Shown in pieces: positions 8,733-17,746 of a DNA stretch of 40,043 bases. The stretch's first letter is position 1, and every line of letters begins with the position of its first letter. The stretch spans positions 1-40,043 of IMG/VR virus record IMGVR_UViG_3300034079_000006. The stretch is one strand, 5' to 3'. Below the pieces are notes generated by a model. It saw only the letters and a program-made list of their open reading frames with translations, was not told where the DNA came from and ran no database searches. Position numbers and translations under genes: made by a program. This DNA is from a virus. Lineage: Duplodnaviria; Caudoviricetes.

Positions 8733-9436
8733 CAGAAACCTCCACCTGGTTGCATTGGGATCATAGTCGGGTCCGAATAGTAGCCGGATGACCCAGTTGG
8801 AGTGCTTCCAAATCTTCCGCCTAATCCTGAATAGACCCCCAGCGCTTGCGGGATGGCATTTGCCATGTTCTGGTTTGCCGCTGATTGCCCAAGGATTCCG
8901 CCAGCCTGTGCCGCGCCCTGTTGCTGCATCAGATTCGAGACGTTGAGCCCGGTCTGCATGCCAGCATTGCCAACACCAGCAGCAGCGTTTTGTCCAATAG
9001 ATGTCAATCCGCCGAGCCGATCGTATTGCTGGCTGATAAGCTGATTCAACAGAGCAGGACGGAACTGAGCGAGAGCGCCTTGCACATTACCTCCACGTAA
9101 CCCTCCAGTTGCCGATGCACTTTGAAGGATGCCTGCCTCCCCCTGGCGCGCCATCGCCTGGAAGCCTGGGGATTGTTCGAATTCTTGATAGGCAGCAGCT
9201 TGCGTTCCTGGCGCACCAAGTCCAAGAATGTTTTGCTGTTGCTGCAATGCGCCTGTTCCTGCCGCGGTGTATGGCGCGAGTAGTTCGCGGATTGCATTGA
9301 ATTGTCGGCGCTGTTCTGAGATTCCGGCAGCAACCTGCCCAGATTGTGCCTCTGATGCACTTTGTGCTGCGTCGGCTTGTTGACTCGCGCTGTAAACACC
9401 AACGGCCAGCGTTGCGCCTGCTACCCAGCCTGACAT
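8732..9436 (-). CDS. DNA ejection protein, gp7-like
   Basis: Gly/Ala/Gln-rich; SPGFQAMARQGEAGILQSASATGGLRGGN motif typical of P22 gp7-like proteins. Confidence 0.8.
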   Translation of the reverse strand: MSGWVAGATLAVGVYSASQQADAAQSASEAQSGQVAAGISEQRRQFNAIRELLAPYTAAGTGALQQQQNILGLGAPGTQAAAYQEFEQSPGFQAMARQGEAGILQSASATGGLRGGNVQGALAQFRPALLNQLISQQYDRLGGLTSIGQNAAAGVGNAGMQTGLNVSNLMQQQGAAQAGGILGQSAANQNMANAIPQALGVYSGLGGRFGSTPTGSSGYYSDPTMIPMQPGGGF

Positions 9437-10260
9437 AATTGTTCTCCTTTGAGTGTTATACCGAAATTTACCCGCATCGAGTTGCGGTAATCGATCAGAA
9501 TTTCCTCGCCGGGGAAAATATGGCGGGTTGCAACTGCGCTCAAGTCGCCGTTTTCATCTTTGAATGTTTCCGCATTTGCCCTGACCGAGTGATTGATGTA
9601 ACGTCCTGCCGGCGTCCTTTTGCCATCTATCCGGCCTGGCGCGATAAGCTCCCCTGGGGTGAACCTGCGCAACGCGAATAACCCTTGCCCATGAATCGCG
9701 GAATCTTGCACATCAACATCAAAACCGACAGGCATGGGGATTTGATCTGCCTGATTGCTTGCGACAGCCCATACCTGCGATTCGCTCAGTCCAATTTGCG
9801 ACAGGAAAACGAGGTAATCATTACGGTCTTGCTCAATAATCCTGTTTTCACCAAGGCCAACGCCTTCATGGTCATAAATGCGGTCTTCGATGATTGCAAT
9901 ATCTTCGCAGTCGTCTGGATTCTCGTAAACGTCAACCCAAACCACATCGTCAAAAGTGAACCCGACACGCTTTACCCCCGCAGGCGCATCGAATGAAAAC
10001 GGAGCGGTCAGGACGCAAATGCCGTTATCCGTGTTGACTGCGATTGATCCTTGCTCAACACGGACAGAATACGGGGTTTTGTGAATCGCCCCGGTCAGGA
10101 CAGTGAAAGGCGGGATTGTGATTTTCCGCTCGTAGAATCCAGGCCGAAAACTGTGCGACGTGATGATATTCGGCTGCGGAAGATTCAACAACGCAGATTC
10201 AAGCCGATAGACCGGATCGGTGCTAATCGCCTTCTCTTGATATCTGTTGAGTGAGTTCAT
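9421..10260 (-). CDS. Cupin-like domain fused to a SET-domain (lysine methyltransferase-like) domain
   Basis: N-half HSFRPGFYERKITIP...LTGAIHK (cupin-like); C-half SAIHGQGLFA...RYINHS...ATRHIFPGEEILIDY (SET motifs). Confidence 0.8.
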   Translation of the reverse strand: MNSLNRYQEKAISTDPVYRLESALLNLPQPNIITSHSFRPGFYERKITIPPFTVLTGAIHKTPYSVRVEQGSIAVNTDNGICVLTAPFSFDAPAGVKRVGFTFDDVVWVDVYENPDDCEDIAIIEDRIYDHEGVGLGENRIIEQDRNDYLVFLSQIGLSESQVWAVASNQADQIPMPVGFDVDVQDSAIHGQGLFALRRFTPGELIAPGRIDGKRTPAGRYINHSVRANAETFKDENGDLSAVATRHIFPGEEILIDYRNSMRVNFGITLKGEQLCQAG

Positions 10261-10318
10261 GCCAGCCCCATAAATAGCGGCTGCTGGCTGCCTGGTGACT
10301 CAGCACGCACAGTATATC

Positions 10319-10696
10319 TCAACTTATTCGATACCATGTTGTATTTTCCAATCTATAAATCCATCCTGCGTATCCGTTGTACGAAACAAGGCCTTGAAGT
10401 ATTTGCCCTACATTTGGTGAAACCGTCAAAGCCGTAATCAGATAGGTGGAAATCAGGTAGAAAATTTGCCCATCAACCGGGGACGCTGGGAGATTTACCG
10501 CGCCTGATGCCAATATTCCAGCCGGGTCGAGAATCAACGTGTTTGTCGTGTCCGCTGGGGTGACGTTAAACCCAGTAGCAGGCGTCAGATACTCAATAAT
10601 CGAATTGTTGGTGATCGCCTGAACGACTGGGGCCATGCCCTGCAAATCGGCTGCACTCCGATTGCTTAGGTCGCTCAAGTGAGAGATTCTGCGCAT
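10319..10696 (-). CDS. Small virion structural protein, paralog of 13240-13695
   Basis: 125-aa ORF in the tail module; shares P(S)ATGF...LxLxP...LPA...ITxLT...TWYR pattern. Confidence 0.7.
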   Translation of the reverse strand: MRRISHLSDLSNRSAADLQGMAPVVQAITNNSIIEYLTPATGFNVTPADTTNTLILDPAGILASGAVNLPASPVDGQIFYLISTYLITALTVSPNVGQILQGLVSYNGYAGWIYRLENTTWYRIS

Positions 10697-10698
10697 GA

Positions 10699-11043
10699 TC
10701 AGCTTTGAATGAATCCGTCAATCTGAGATGCGTTAATGCTTGATGCCGCCCCTGCCTGGGCCTGGACGAATCCATCGGCAGACACATAAGGCAAATCAAG
10801 ATCAATGTACGAATTTGCTGCAATACTCAGAGTGGGCAGGCAGACGTTTGCATCAGACGCCGTACCAGCTGCAGGCACAGCCCATGCTTTTATCGTAACG
10901 GCCCCTGCTGTTACATTGGCAAACCGCACACGTCCGTTACGTAGGACATTCGTTGTCGGGGACGCCGCCACTGTAAACAAGGTGTCAACGGCTGCGTTGT
11001 TGACCAGCTTTGCAGCGAATAATGGGATAAATGACAGTGCCAT
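10699..11043 (-). CDS. Hypothetical structural protein (beta-rich)
   Basis: 114-aa ORF, tightly packed in the tail module. Confidence 0.7.
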   Translation of the reverse strand: MALSFIPLFAAKLVNNAAVDTLFTVAASPTTNVLRNGRVRFANVTAGAVTIKAWAVPAAGTASDANVCLPTLSIAANSYIDLDLPYVSADGFVQAQAGAASSINASQIDGFIQS

Positions 11044-11044
11044 A

Positions 11045-11374
11045 TTAGGCCCCTATGAGTTGTTCAAGTTGTTCAATTCGACGAAGTAAATCGCCGTGCG
11101 TATCGCGCCGTGCTAATTGCATTTCAAGTTCTTGCACTCTGGATTCCAGCGCTGAAAGATTCGCCATTCTTGGTTTTGATTGTTCTAATTCCTCAATCCT
11201 TGGGTGATTTCCTGATTCCCGGTTTTTTGTTGAGTTGACCAGAATAAGCAGGTCCTCGAGTGTTTCTGGTGTTGATTCTGTAACTACAAGAAACAGGTTT
11301 TCAAACGCCTTGATAGCCCTCGCGTCAGGCAGGAATTTCGCCAATTGATCGCGAGTTAGCGGGCTGGCCATCAA
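11045..11374 (-). CDS. Coiled-coil tail protein (tail-needle position)
   Basis: Heptad-like LESRVQELEMQL...LLRRIEQLEQL; directly follows the gp10-like gene with ATGA overlap. Confidence 0.6.
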   Translation of the reverse strand: MMASPLTRDQLAKFLPDARAIKAFENLFLVVTESTPETLEDLLILVNSTKNRESGNHPRIEELEQSKPRMANLSALESRVQELEMQLARRDTHGDLLRRIEQLEQLIGA

Positions 11375-12771
11375 TTACTCAAGGCTTCGAGCCTTGCCTC
11401 AAGTCTTAGTACCGAAATAAATGTTTGCGAGTCCCATTGGAAACGCTGGATTCTGAAATTGCGCATGAATCCACACTGTAGCCAGACGATTCTTTTTGTG
11501 CGGTCGCCCTGCATTCCTGCTTTGACATATTTATCCTGGCTCCATGTAACTCCGTCAACGGAATATGATGTGCTGATTGTTGGGTCAAGCCCAAAGGCTA
11601 CACGACCGGTAAGGCAAACCAGTTCAAGCTCATGGAAGATCGCAGATCGTCCCTCGTTGTACGTGATCATCGTCCCAAATTCCATGCGAACGTGAGACCC
11701 GTAATGCGTGGCGATAGTGTCGACCAGATACCCGTGATTGGACGATGTAGGATCTCCTGCAAGCCATTTGTCATAACACCAGACAAAGTTTTTCGCACGG
11801 TACTGAAACAGCCCAGATAAGCCTGAAGTGAGGACGAACCACACAGCCTCTTTCAACGCGATTGAAGCAGCTGAGTCATATACCAAAGTATGATCAGGAA
11901 GATGCAAATACAGCATCGACAAGCCATTGGAGATACGGGATTCCATGACAGCCGATGCGAGCTGGGCTTCGGTGTAGTCCGTCAGGATTTGATCAATCTC
12001 GCGGGTCGAGATTTTTACCGCGCCACCATTTGACCCAAGGTAAATTGCCGGGGCCTCGTTTCGTCCGCAACCCAAAAATGCAATGGTGTCCACAAACACA
12101 GCAGCACAATGGGTACCTAAAACACCCTTTTGAATCTGTGCGCCTTCAATTCGCTGGAATGGGAAAAGAGACCCTCCAATGTTGTCGAATACCTCAATCG
12201 TGTAGCGGTTGAGCGCATAGACCTCGTTGCGCAGTTTGAACAAGCCTTTAACCGGGTCAGGATCAGCCTCAGAGCTTCCATACTTCAGCGGATTGATGTC
12301 GGTAGGCGCGTTCAATTCTGTAACGACCAGGCTCGTCCCATCTGTGGACATGAAATAGCCATCTACCCACAACACATCGAGCGATGTACCAAGATCAACA
12401 TCCGTTACTTGCGTGAGTGTTGTTCCGTCCCAGTAAAACAGATTCCCGTTTGAGCAAATCGCAAGACGATCGAATGAGTAATCCAGGGTTACTTGAGTTG
12501 ACCCGCCAACATCTCCTAAAGTTGTCGTAGCTCCATCGCTTGCGATGCTTACAAGTTTGGTTCCCATGACACGATAACAAATGCCGTTCCAATTGATTCC
12601 GCCGCGATCAACGCCCGGGCCAGTACCAAATAAGGAAATTCCATCAGCAGGACGTAAATAGCCCTTGCTTACGCCATTTTCCTTGGGGACAGGAATCAGA
12701 TTGATCGGGTAACTGTTTCTCAAGTCAGCCGATGAATCCGAGTAAATCCCATTGAGGACGCCAATTTGCAT
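11371..12771 (-). CDS. Tail hub / packaged-DNA stabilization protein, P22 gp10-like
   Basis: 466 aa; NLIPVPKE...GYLRPADG...GVDRGGINWNGICYRVMGTKL; SEADPD motif; synteny. Confidence 0.9.
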   Translation of the reverse strand: MQIGVLNGIYSDSSADLRNSYPINLIPVPKENGVSKGYLRPADGISLFGTGPGVDRGGINWNGICYRVMGTKLVSIASDGATTTLGDVGGSTQVTLDYSFDRLAICSNGNLFYWDGTTLTQVTDVDLGTSLDVLWVDGYFMSTDGTSLVVTELNAPTDINPLKYGSSEADPDPVKGLFKLRNEVYALNRYTIEVFDNIGGSLFPFQRIEGAQIQKGVLGTHCAAVFVDTIAFLGCGRNEAPAIYLGSNGGAVKISTREIDQILTDYTEAQLASAVMESRISNGLSMLYLHLPDHTLVYDSAASIALKEAVWFVLTSGLSGLFQYRAKNFVWCYDKWLAGDPTSSNHGYLVDTIATHYGSHVRMEFGTMITYNEGRSAIFHELELVCLTGRVAFGLDPTISTSYSVDGVTWSQDKYVKAGMQGDRTKRIVWLQCGFMRNFRIQRFQWDSQTFISVLRLEARLEALSN

Positions 12772-13230
12772 TTAGCAGCCTTTGAATACTTGCACCAAAA
12801 ATGATATTGTCATGTCATCAGCGGCAGCGGCTATGGCTGCAGAATCATAAAATCGGATAGATGATCCAGCAGGTAGATATAAGTCGATCGGGATCGGAAC
12901 TTGAATCATTGCATCAACAAATGTTGTTTCGCGATAAATACCTTGCATGAACCCATAACTTCGCGTCAAACTTGCAGCCTGAACGGCCCCGGCAGATATG
13001 TAGCCAACATCGTTCCCATTTGGGTCGGCGACTGAAAATCTGATTTGCCTATTCCCCACAGCTGCAGATGTAACAAGCACAACATTAGCAAAAACCAATT
13101 TCCACATTTCGCCATCTGGCACAGTAAAACTTTTGTCGCTGTCATTGGCGGATGAATCAAAGACACCATAAATAGGGGCGACAACCGTAACGCCTTGCGT
13201 GAGATTTGACCCGGGATGTGAAAAATTCAT
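12772..13230 (-). CDS. Hypothetical structural protein
   Basis: 152-aa ORF with AGGAG RBS, abuts the gp10-like gene. Confidence 0.7.
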   Translation of the reverse strand: MNFSHPGSNLTQGVTVVAPIYGVFDSSANDSDKSFTVPDGEMWKLVFANVVLVTSAAVGNRQIRFSVADPNGNDVGYISAGAVQAASLTRSYGFMQGIYRETTFVDAMIQVPIPIDLYLPAGSSIRFYDSAAIAAAADDMTISFLVQVFKGC

Positions 13231-13239
13231 GATTACTCC

Positions 13240-13695
13240 TTATCCTACGCGATACCACGTATCGGTAACGGCTTCAAAGCGGAGCCGAAAGAACGCATTT
13301 GCTGCCATCGTCGTTGGTGCTCCAGTCACATTCGAGCCATTGGCTGTGATGGTCAGCGTGGTGATTGATTGGGTGCTGTTTACGAGGATTTCTTGTTTGT
13401 CAATGCAATTGGCAACGGCTGGAAGTACCAAGGTCCCAGCGGCATAGCCTGCAACAGGCGTCAGAACAAGCCAGATACTGGAACTGCTGTCCGTGATCGC
13501 CACACTAAACCCAGTGGCAGACGGTGCAGCGTATTGCGTCACCTTATTGTCTGCCGTGCTGATGTTGGCTTGCATGTATGCCAGCAAGACAGACAGCGCA
13601 GCTTTGCGTGCGTCACCGCTCACGCTGGAGTAGATGGGCAACTGATCAGTGCCGGATACCGTATCCACGGCTGTGAGTTGGTTGATTGTGGTCAT
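13240..13695 (-). CDS. Virion structural protein
   Basis: 151 aa, Thr/Ala/Ser-rich, follows the gp4-like gene. Confidence 0.75.
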   Translation of the reverse strand: MTTINQLTAVDTVSGTDQLPIYSSVSGDARKAALSVLLAYMQANISTADNKVTQYAAPSATGFSVAITDSSSSIWLVLTPVAGYAAGTLVLPAVANCIDKQEILVNSTQSITTLTITANGSNVTGAPTTMAANAFFRLRFEAVTDTWYRVG

Positions 13696-13698
13696 GAT

Positions 13699-14175
13699 TT
13701 ACTCAAAGTCGATTGCGCTATCCTGTCCCGCCAACAGCGGATCAACAGGGGCTGAAAGGAATGGGTTATCCGTGCGCCACGGCTTGTTACCAGAACCGGA
13801 TGGCATGCTGGGTAGCTGCATCTCCATGGGCATGGCAGCGCGCGATAGCAGGGCGTCATAGGCGAGTTTGGCGCTTACCTTGACCTCAGGCGGGATCATC
13901 TTGCCAAAGTCTGGGGCGATGCGTATCGCCAAGTTCAGGTAGATCGCTTCATTGGCAGAATCTGGAACATTCGTCTCTTGGTCGAGATCGCTATTTTCTG
14001 GGCTTGTCGGTACCGGATATCCAAGACGGACGCCCTTCGCGTTCCACGTCGCCAGCATGGAATCCATGTCGCGCATGGCTGAATCAAGTTGATCAGGCGT
14101 CAGATCGAAAACGTACGCAGCAAGCCCAGCCTTGCGGAAAGCCTGCTGTACGAATTGGCGTTTAGTCCACGACAT
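13699..14175 (-). CDS. Head-to-tail adaptor / packaged-DNA stabilization protein, P22 gp4-like
   Basis: MSWTKRQFVQQAF...MDSMLATW...NLAIRIAPDFG...MPSGSGNKP pattern. Confidence 0.85.
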   Translation of the reverse strand: MSWTKRQFVQQAFRKAGLAAYVFDLTPDQLDSAMRDMDSMLATWNAKGVRLGYPVPTSPENSDLDQETNVPDSANEAIYLNLAIRIAPDFGKMIPPEVKVSAKLAYDALLSRAAMPMEMQLPSMPSGSGNKPWRTDNPFLSAPVDPLLAGQDSAIDFE

Positions 14176-14464
14176 GATCGGCAATCATCTTGCCCAGCTT
14201 CACATCGCTGGTTCTGCCGTCAAATTTCAGTCCCAACTCTGCGGCTTTTTGCTCAAGCTCAGCCCGGGTAGGTGGCGCATTGTCATCCGGGATCACTTCG
14301 GCGGGCTTCACGGGCGGGTTGATCGCAGTCAGCATGTCAGCATACCAGCCGTCAAGCATTGCAGCGTCGAACGATTCGGCATCATCAACACACTTTTGTG
14401 CGTAAGTGCCTCCAGCCCGTTGCAATGGGCCGGGACATTTGTAAACCATGCGCGGGAAGATCAT
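14162..14464 (-). CDS. Hypothetical protein with a small helical C-terminal domain
   Basis: PTRAELEQKAAELGLKFDGRTSDVKLGKMI motif; coupled to neighbours. Confidence 0.75.
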   Translation of the reverse strand: MIFPRMVYKCPGPLQRAGGTYAQKCVDDAESFDAAMLDGWYADMLTAINPPVKPAEVIPDDNAPPTRAELEQKAAELGLKFDGRTSDVKLGKMIADHVVD

Positions 14465-14745
14465 TTTTTCACCTTCTTAATCGGGAATGCGCGAAATTGA
14501 ATCTTCTTGACTGGCAGCGGTTCGCCTGATTTTTTGCATGCCGCAATGAAGTCGCGTTCTTTGTAATTCGGGCAACCAAATGAGACCACCATACATTCAC
14601 ATCGGTTGTTTCCGCGCGGTTTGTTGTGCCACGTTGCGCGAACGACAGTCTTTTCGTCAATGTATTTTGTCGCTGATTTGAACCCTGAGGCAATCAAAGC
14701 GCCACAAACAATACCGAATAATTTTGCATCAATTTGCTTTTTCAT
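14461..14745 (-). CDS. Hypothetical basic protein (AT-richer insertion)
   Basis: 94-aa ORF with ATGA overlaps at both ends. Confidence 0.65.
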   Translation of the reverse strand: MKKQIDAKLFGIVCGALIASGFKSATKYIDEKTVVRATWHNKPRGNNRCECMVVSFGCPNYKERDFIAACKKSGEPLPVKKIQFRAFPIKKVKK

Positions 14746-14924
14746 TTCTTGCCTTTCATGGCCTTCATGTCAGCCTTGGACATTGGCATACCTGCTTTAA
14801 TTTTGGCTTTGTGTGCTGTACTCATGGCAATGGCTACAGCTTGTTTTTGTGGCTTGCCAGCTTTCATTTCAGCCTTGATATTTTTGCTGACCGTTTTGGC
14901 GGAATAACCTTTTTTGAGCGGCAT
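14742..14924 (-). CDS. Small basic protein of the head module
   Basis: MPLKKGYSAKTVSKNIKAEMKAGKPQKQAVAIAM; GGAG RBS. Confidence 0.75.
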   Translation of the reverse strand: MPLKKGYSAKTVSKNIKAEMKAGKPQKQAVAIAMSTAHKAKIKAGMPMSKADMKAMKGKK

Positions 14925-14940
14925 CAGGATCTCCGGTTAA

Positions 14941-14965
14941 TGGCGCGAGGTTTCCCCCCGCGCCA
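14941..14965 (-). terminator. GC-rich hairpin after the capsid genes (possible weak terminator or mRNA stabilizer)
   Basis: Minus strand TGGCGCGGGG-GGAAA-CCTCGCGCCA; poor U tract. Confidence 0.4.
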
Positions 14966-14970
14966 AATCA

Positions 14971-15570
14971 TCAAGCCAAGCGGTACGTGACAAACGTATT
15001 GGCAGCAGTCTTGCGAGTGCGGAAACGGCCAGACGTGACAGTCGCCACAACAGCAGTACCGACCAGCGTATGATCAGCAGCTGCGGTCACAGTAAATGCA
15101 TTTGCACCGGTAGCGATGACAGACCAATCAAACGAATCACCGATAGCAAAGGCACCAGCAGAATCAAGCACCGTACCAGTTGGGACAGTACCAGCAACAG
15201 CAGCGGCGGTTGTCGATGTAACGATGCCAGACAGCATCATTGCAGCAGTCAGGGCTCCGGTTGCATTCAGCACGCCTGGGGTTCCTTGCACGCGATTGAT
15301 CAACACGGCGTCGGTAACTGGATCTACGCCAACTGCGTATTCAACTGCAGCAGCGCCAGCCTCTACGACAATGGTTGCGCCGGATGCATAGGCACCGAAG
15401 ACAGTCTGGCCAGCGGTAACAGAGCCCAGCAGAGTTTTCGTTTCCGGGAAATTGGGATAGCCAACGATTCGGTAAACTTTTGCGGTGCCCTTGGTGTAAA
15501 CAGCGATGCTTTCGGTTGCAGGAATGGTGATTTCTGCAGTACCTTGGGGATAGATGGTTGTGGATGACAT
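14971..15570 (-). CDS. Putative capsid decoration / minor head protein
   Basis: 199 aa, Ala/Thr/Val/Gly-rich, AAGGA RBS, first structural gene after the coat. Confidence 0.7.
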   Translation of the reverse strand: MSSTTIYPQGTAEITIPATESIAVYTKGTAKVYRIVGYPNFPETKTLLGSVTAGQTVFGAYASGATIVVEAGAAAVEYAVGVDPVTDAVLINRVQGTPGVLNATGALTAAMMLSGIVTSTTAAAVAGTVPTGTVLDSAGAFAIGDSFDWSVIATGANAFTVTAAADHTLVGTAVVATVTSGRFRTRKTAANTFVTYRLA

Positions 15571-16415
15571 GATTTTTCCTTGAATGAGTTAAGTACAGAT
15601 TTTTCCTTGCGCATGGCCTCAAGCCGTTTTGCGCGTATTGCCGGGTCTTTCCAGAGCTCAGCCGCTTTCGCAGCCATCGCAGCCTTTTTTTCTGGAGTCC
15701 ATGCTGCGCGGATTGATGCAACTCGTATTGCAGCAGCATCCTTGTCTTCCCATGCGGCCTTCGCATTTGTAGATAGCTTTGCTTTCGTTTCGTCGCTTCT
15801 TGGTGCTTTTGGCTTTCCTTTGGCTGCCGCACTCATTTTCAACTTCGTTTCTTGACTGACAATCTTCTTTGATAGATTGTCTTTATGAGATTGCGGCATC
15901 ACCCATCCATCAGCCTTTCTCTTGGCCCAAAATGCTTTGGCTTGCTCGCTCCTTTTTGCTCGCATTTCAGGAGTCCATGACGCCTTCGCGGCCAATATCA
16001 CTTTCTCACGATATTCGACATTTCCCCAATTAGCTTTTGATTTCTGGCTGATCATGATTTTTGCATCATCATCAACCTTTCTGCCAATTGCCTTTTGTGA
16101 AATCTTCGCAGCAACCTCGGCATTCTTTGATGGTGCAGTATCACCGCCAATCGACAAGTTATAGCCAAATGGAGCCATCGTCTTAAATCTGGAAATTGCT
16201 TCAATCTCAGCGGTATGTAATGCCTCTTGTGAGTCAGCCTCAGCCAACACTTCAATCACCGGCTCACCATACATACGCCACGCGCAATGAACAGCTAGGA
16301 GGCTGCCAGTGCGCGCTGATTGGCGATGTTGAGTAATCCGAGTAATCATTTTTCGGCTCGTTTGACCTATGTAGCTTTTCCCAGAAGAAAACGTAAGCTT
16401 GTAAACCTTGTACAT
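15363..16415 (-). CDS. Free-standing GIY-YIG homing endonuclease with NUMOD3-like repeats
   Basis: KVYKL...YIGQT...RITQH...AEIEAI...GYNLSIGG catalytic domain; SQETKLKMS / SDETKAKLS repeats. Confidence 0.9.
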   Translation of the reverse strand: MYKVYKLTFSSGKSYIGQTSRKMITRITQHRQSARTGSLLAVHCAWRMYGEPVIEVLAEADSQEALHTAEIEAISRFKTMAPFGYNLSIGGDTAPSKNAEVAAKISQKAIGRKVDDDAKIMISQKSKANWGNVEYREKVILAAKASWTPEMRAKRSEQAKAFWAKRKADGWVMPQSHKDNLSKKIVSQETKLKMSAAAKGKPKAPRSDETKAKLSTNAKAAWEDKDAAAIRVASIRAAWTPEKKAAMAAKAAELWKDPAIRAKRLEAMRKEKSVLNSFKEKSCHPQPSIPKVLQKSPFLQPKASLFTPRAPQKFTESLAIPISRKRKLCWALLPLARLSSVPMHPAQPLS

Positions 16416-16451
16416 GCAACCTCCAAATGGTTCATTGAAGGCTGCATTGTA
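16414..16451 (-). promoter_or_regulatory. RBS/start-codon-occluding hairpin with an overlapping -10 box upstream of the GIY-YIG gene
   Basis: Minus strand ATGCAGCCTTCAA pairs with TTGGAGGTTGCAT (13 bp incl. two G-U); TACAAT at 16446-16451. Confidence 0.75.
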
Positions 16452-16471
16452 CTAGGTTTGACTTAATACTA

Positions 16472-17740
16472 TCATGTCTGTGCGAACATGAGCAAACCCG
16501 CCATTTCTGGTTGTTTCATGACAACCCCGAATCGGAGGTCCCAGCGGAACTTGGTCTTCATGGTGTTGATGTCATACCATTTCTGCATCACCATTTCGAT
16601 ACCCTGATCGGTCGAAGCACGCATGATCGAGACGCCGGAATTGTCCGGGATGGCGTAACGACCGGGCAGAATCTCGATTGCATCACGGTGCCAAAACGGA
16701 TTAACCGAAGCTGTAACGGTGTTCAAAAACACAATCGCACTGTTCGCGGCTTTGGTGTTGATCACACAGTTCTGATACTGAGCCGATGCGTCAGAGGCCA
16801 CTTGGTTCGTGATCATCGGGGGGCTGATGGTCATGGTAGTGGCAGAGTCAACCGAGATAACGCGGAAGGTCTTCAGCTGGCCGGTGTCGCCCTTGGTGAT
16901 GTGATGCACAGCGTTGAGAGCCGCCACGGTAAACGCATCGCCAGCCACCACGGATGCAGTGCTTGACACGGTGATGGTTTGGTAACGATTGTCAACGTTG
17001 GACGTCTCGCCGGTCGTAGCCGTTCTGGTGGCTTCTGGCACATAGTAGTTCAGTGCAGCATCAAGCGTGCTGATCGTCAAGCCAGCACCACCGGCGGCTG
17101 CGGTCTTGCTGTTGGCGTAGTCGAGTTTGTAAGTCTCGAAGCTGGCCACAGTACCGACAAATGCTTTTTCATAGGCGGTAGTAGGCTTACCTGCCATCGT
17201 TGCTCGGCTTGCCAGGTTGCTTGCCATGCCGTTATAGTCGCGAGTTGACAACGCAAGGTAGCGGTCAAAGCTCTGCACGCCTTGTTCATTCATGATGGCT
17301 TCGCACTGGGCGACGTCATCGAAACCGGATGCAGCAGCAGCGCGCTTGACGAACAAAGTGCCTTGATTCGCGGCAACGGCCATTACTGCGACGTTGATGT
17401 CGCTGGACAGCTTTTGAGCAGCAGCAACACCGAGCCGGCCTTCTTGCAACAGGTCGCGCAGTTCGGTTGCAGTCAGGATCGCGGTAGAGTGCTTGGCATA
17501 ACCGATTGTTGAGGGAACGGAAAGCTGGGTAGCTTCCTTAAAGTTTGCCGTTGCATCGGTGCCGTCGAAAGACTGCGCGATGTACGGCTGCGGGCGCCAA
17601 ATGGTGTCATTTGTACGCTCCATGGTTTGAGAGTCTGTCTGGTATTTGCTGACGTTGCGCGAAAGCACCAGAGAGTCATCGAACTTTTCGAGAACGTCTT
17701 CAAATGCGACTTTCTCTTCTTTGCTGAATTCATTGGCCAT
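16472..17740 (-). CDS. Major capsid protein, P22 gp5-like
   Basis: 422 aa; MANEFSKEEKVAFED...TIWRPQPYIA...AAAQKLSSDIN...QPEMAG pattern; follows the scaffold. Confidence 0.92.
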   Translation of the reverse strand: MANEFSKEEKVAFEDVLEKFDDSLVLSRNVSKYQTDSQTMERTNDTIWRPQPYIAQSFDGTDATANFKEATQLSVPSTIGYAKHSTAILTATELRDLLQEGRLGVAAAQKLSSDINVAVMAVAANQGTLFVKRAAAASGFDDVAQCEAIMNEQGVQSFDRYLALSTRDYNGMASNLASRATMAGKPTTAYEKAFVGTVASFETYKLDYANSKTAAAGGAGLTISTLDAALNYYVPEATRTATTGETSNVDNRYQTITVSSTASVVAGDAFTVAALNAVHHITKGDTGQLKTFRVISVDSATTMTISPPMITNQVASDASAQYQNCVINTKAANSAIVFLNTVTASVNPFWHRDAIEILPGRYAIPDNSGVSIMRASTDQGIEMVMQKWYDINTMKTKFRWDLRFGVVMKQPEMAGLLMFAQT

Positions 17741-17746
17741 GATTGG

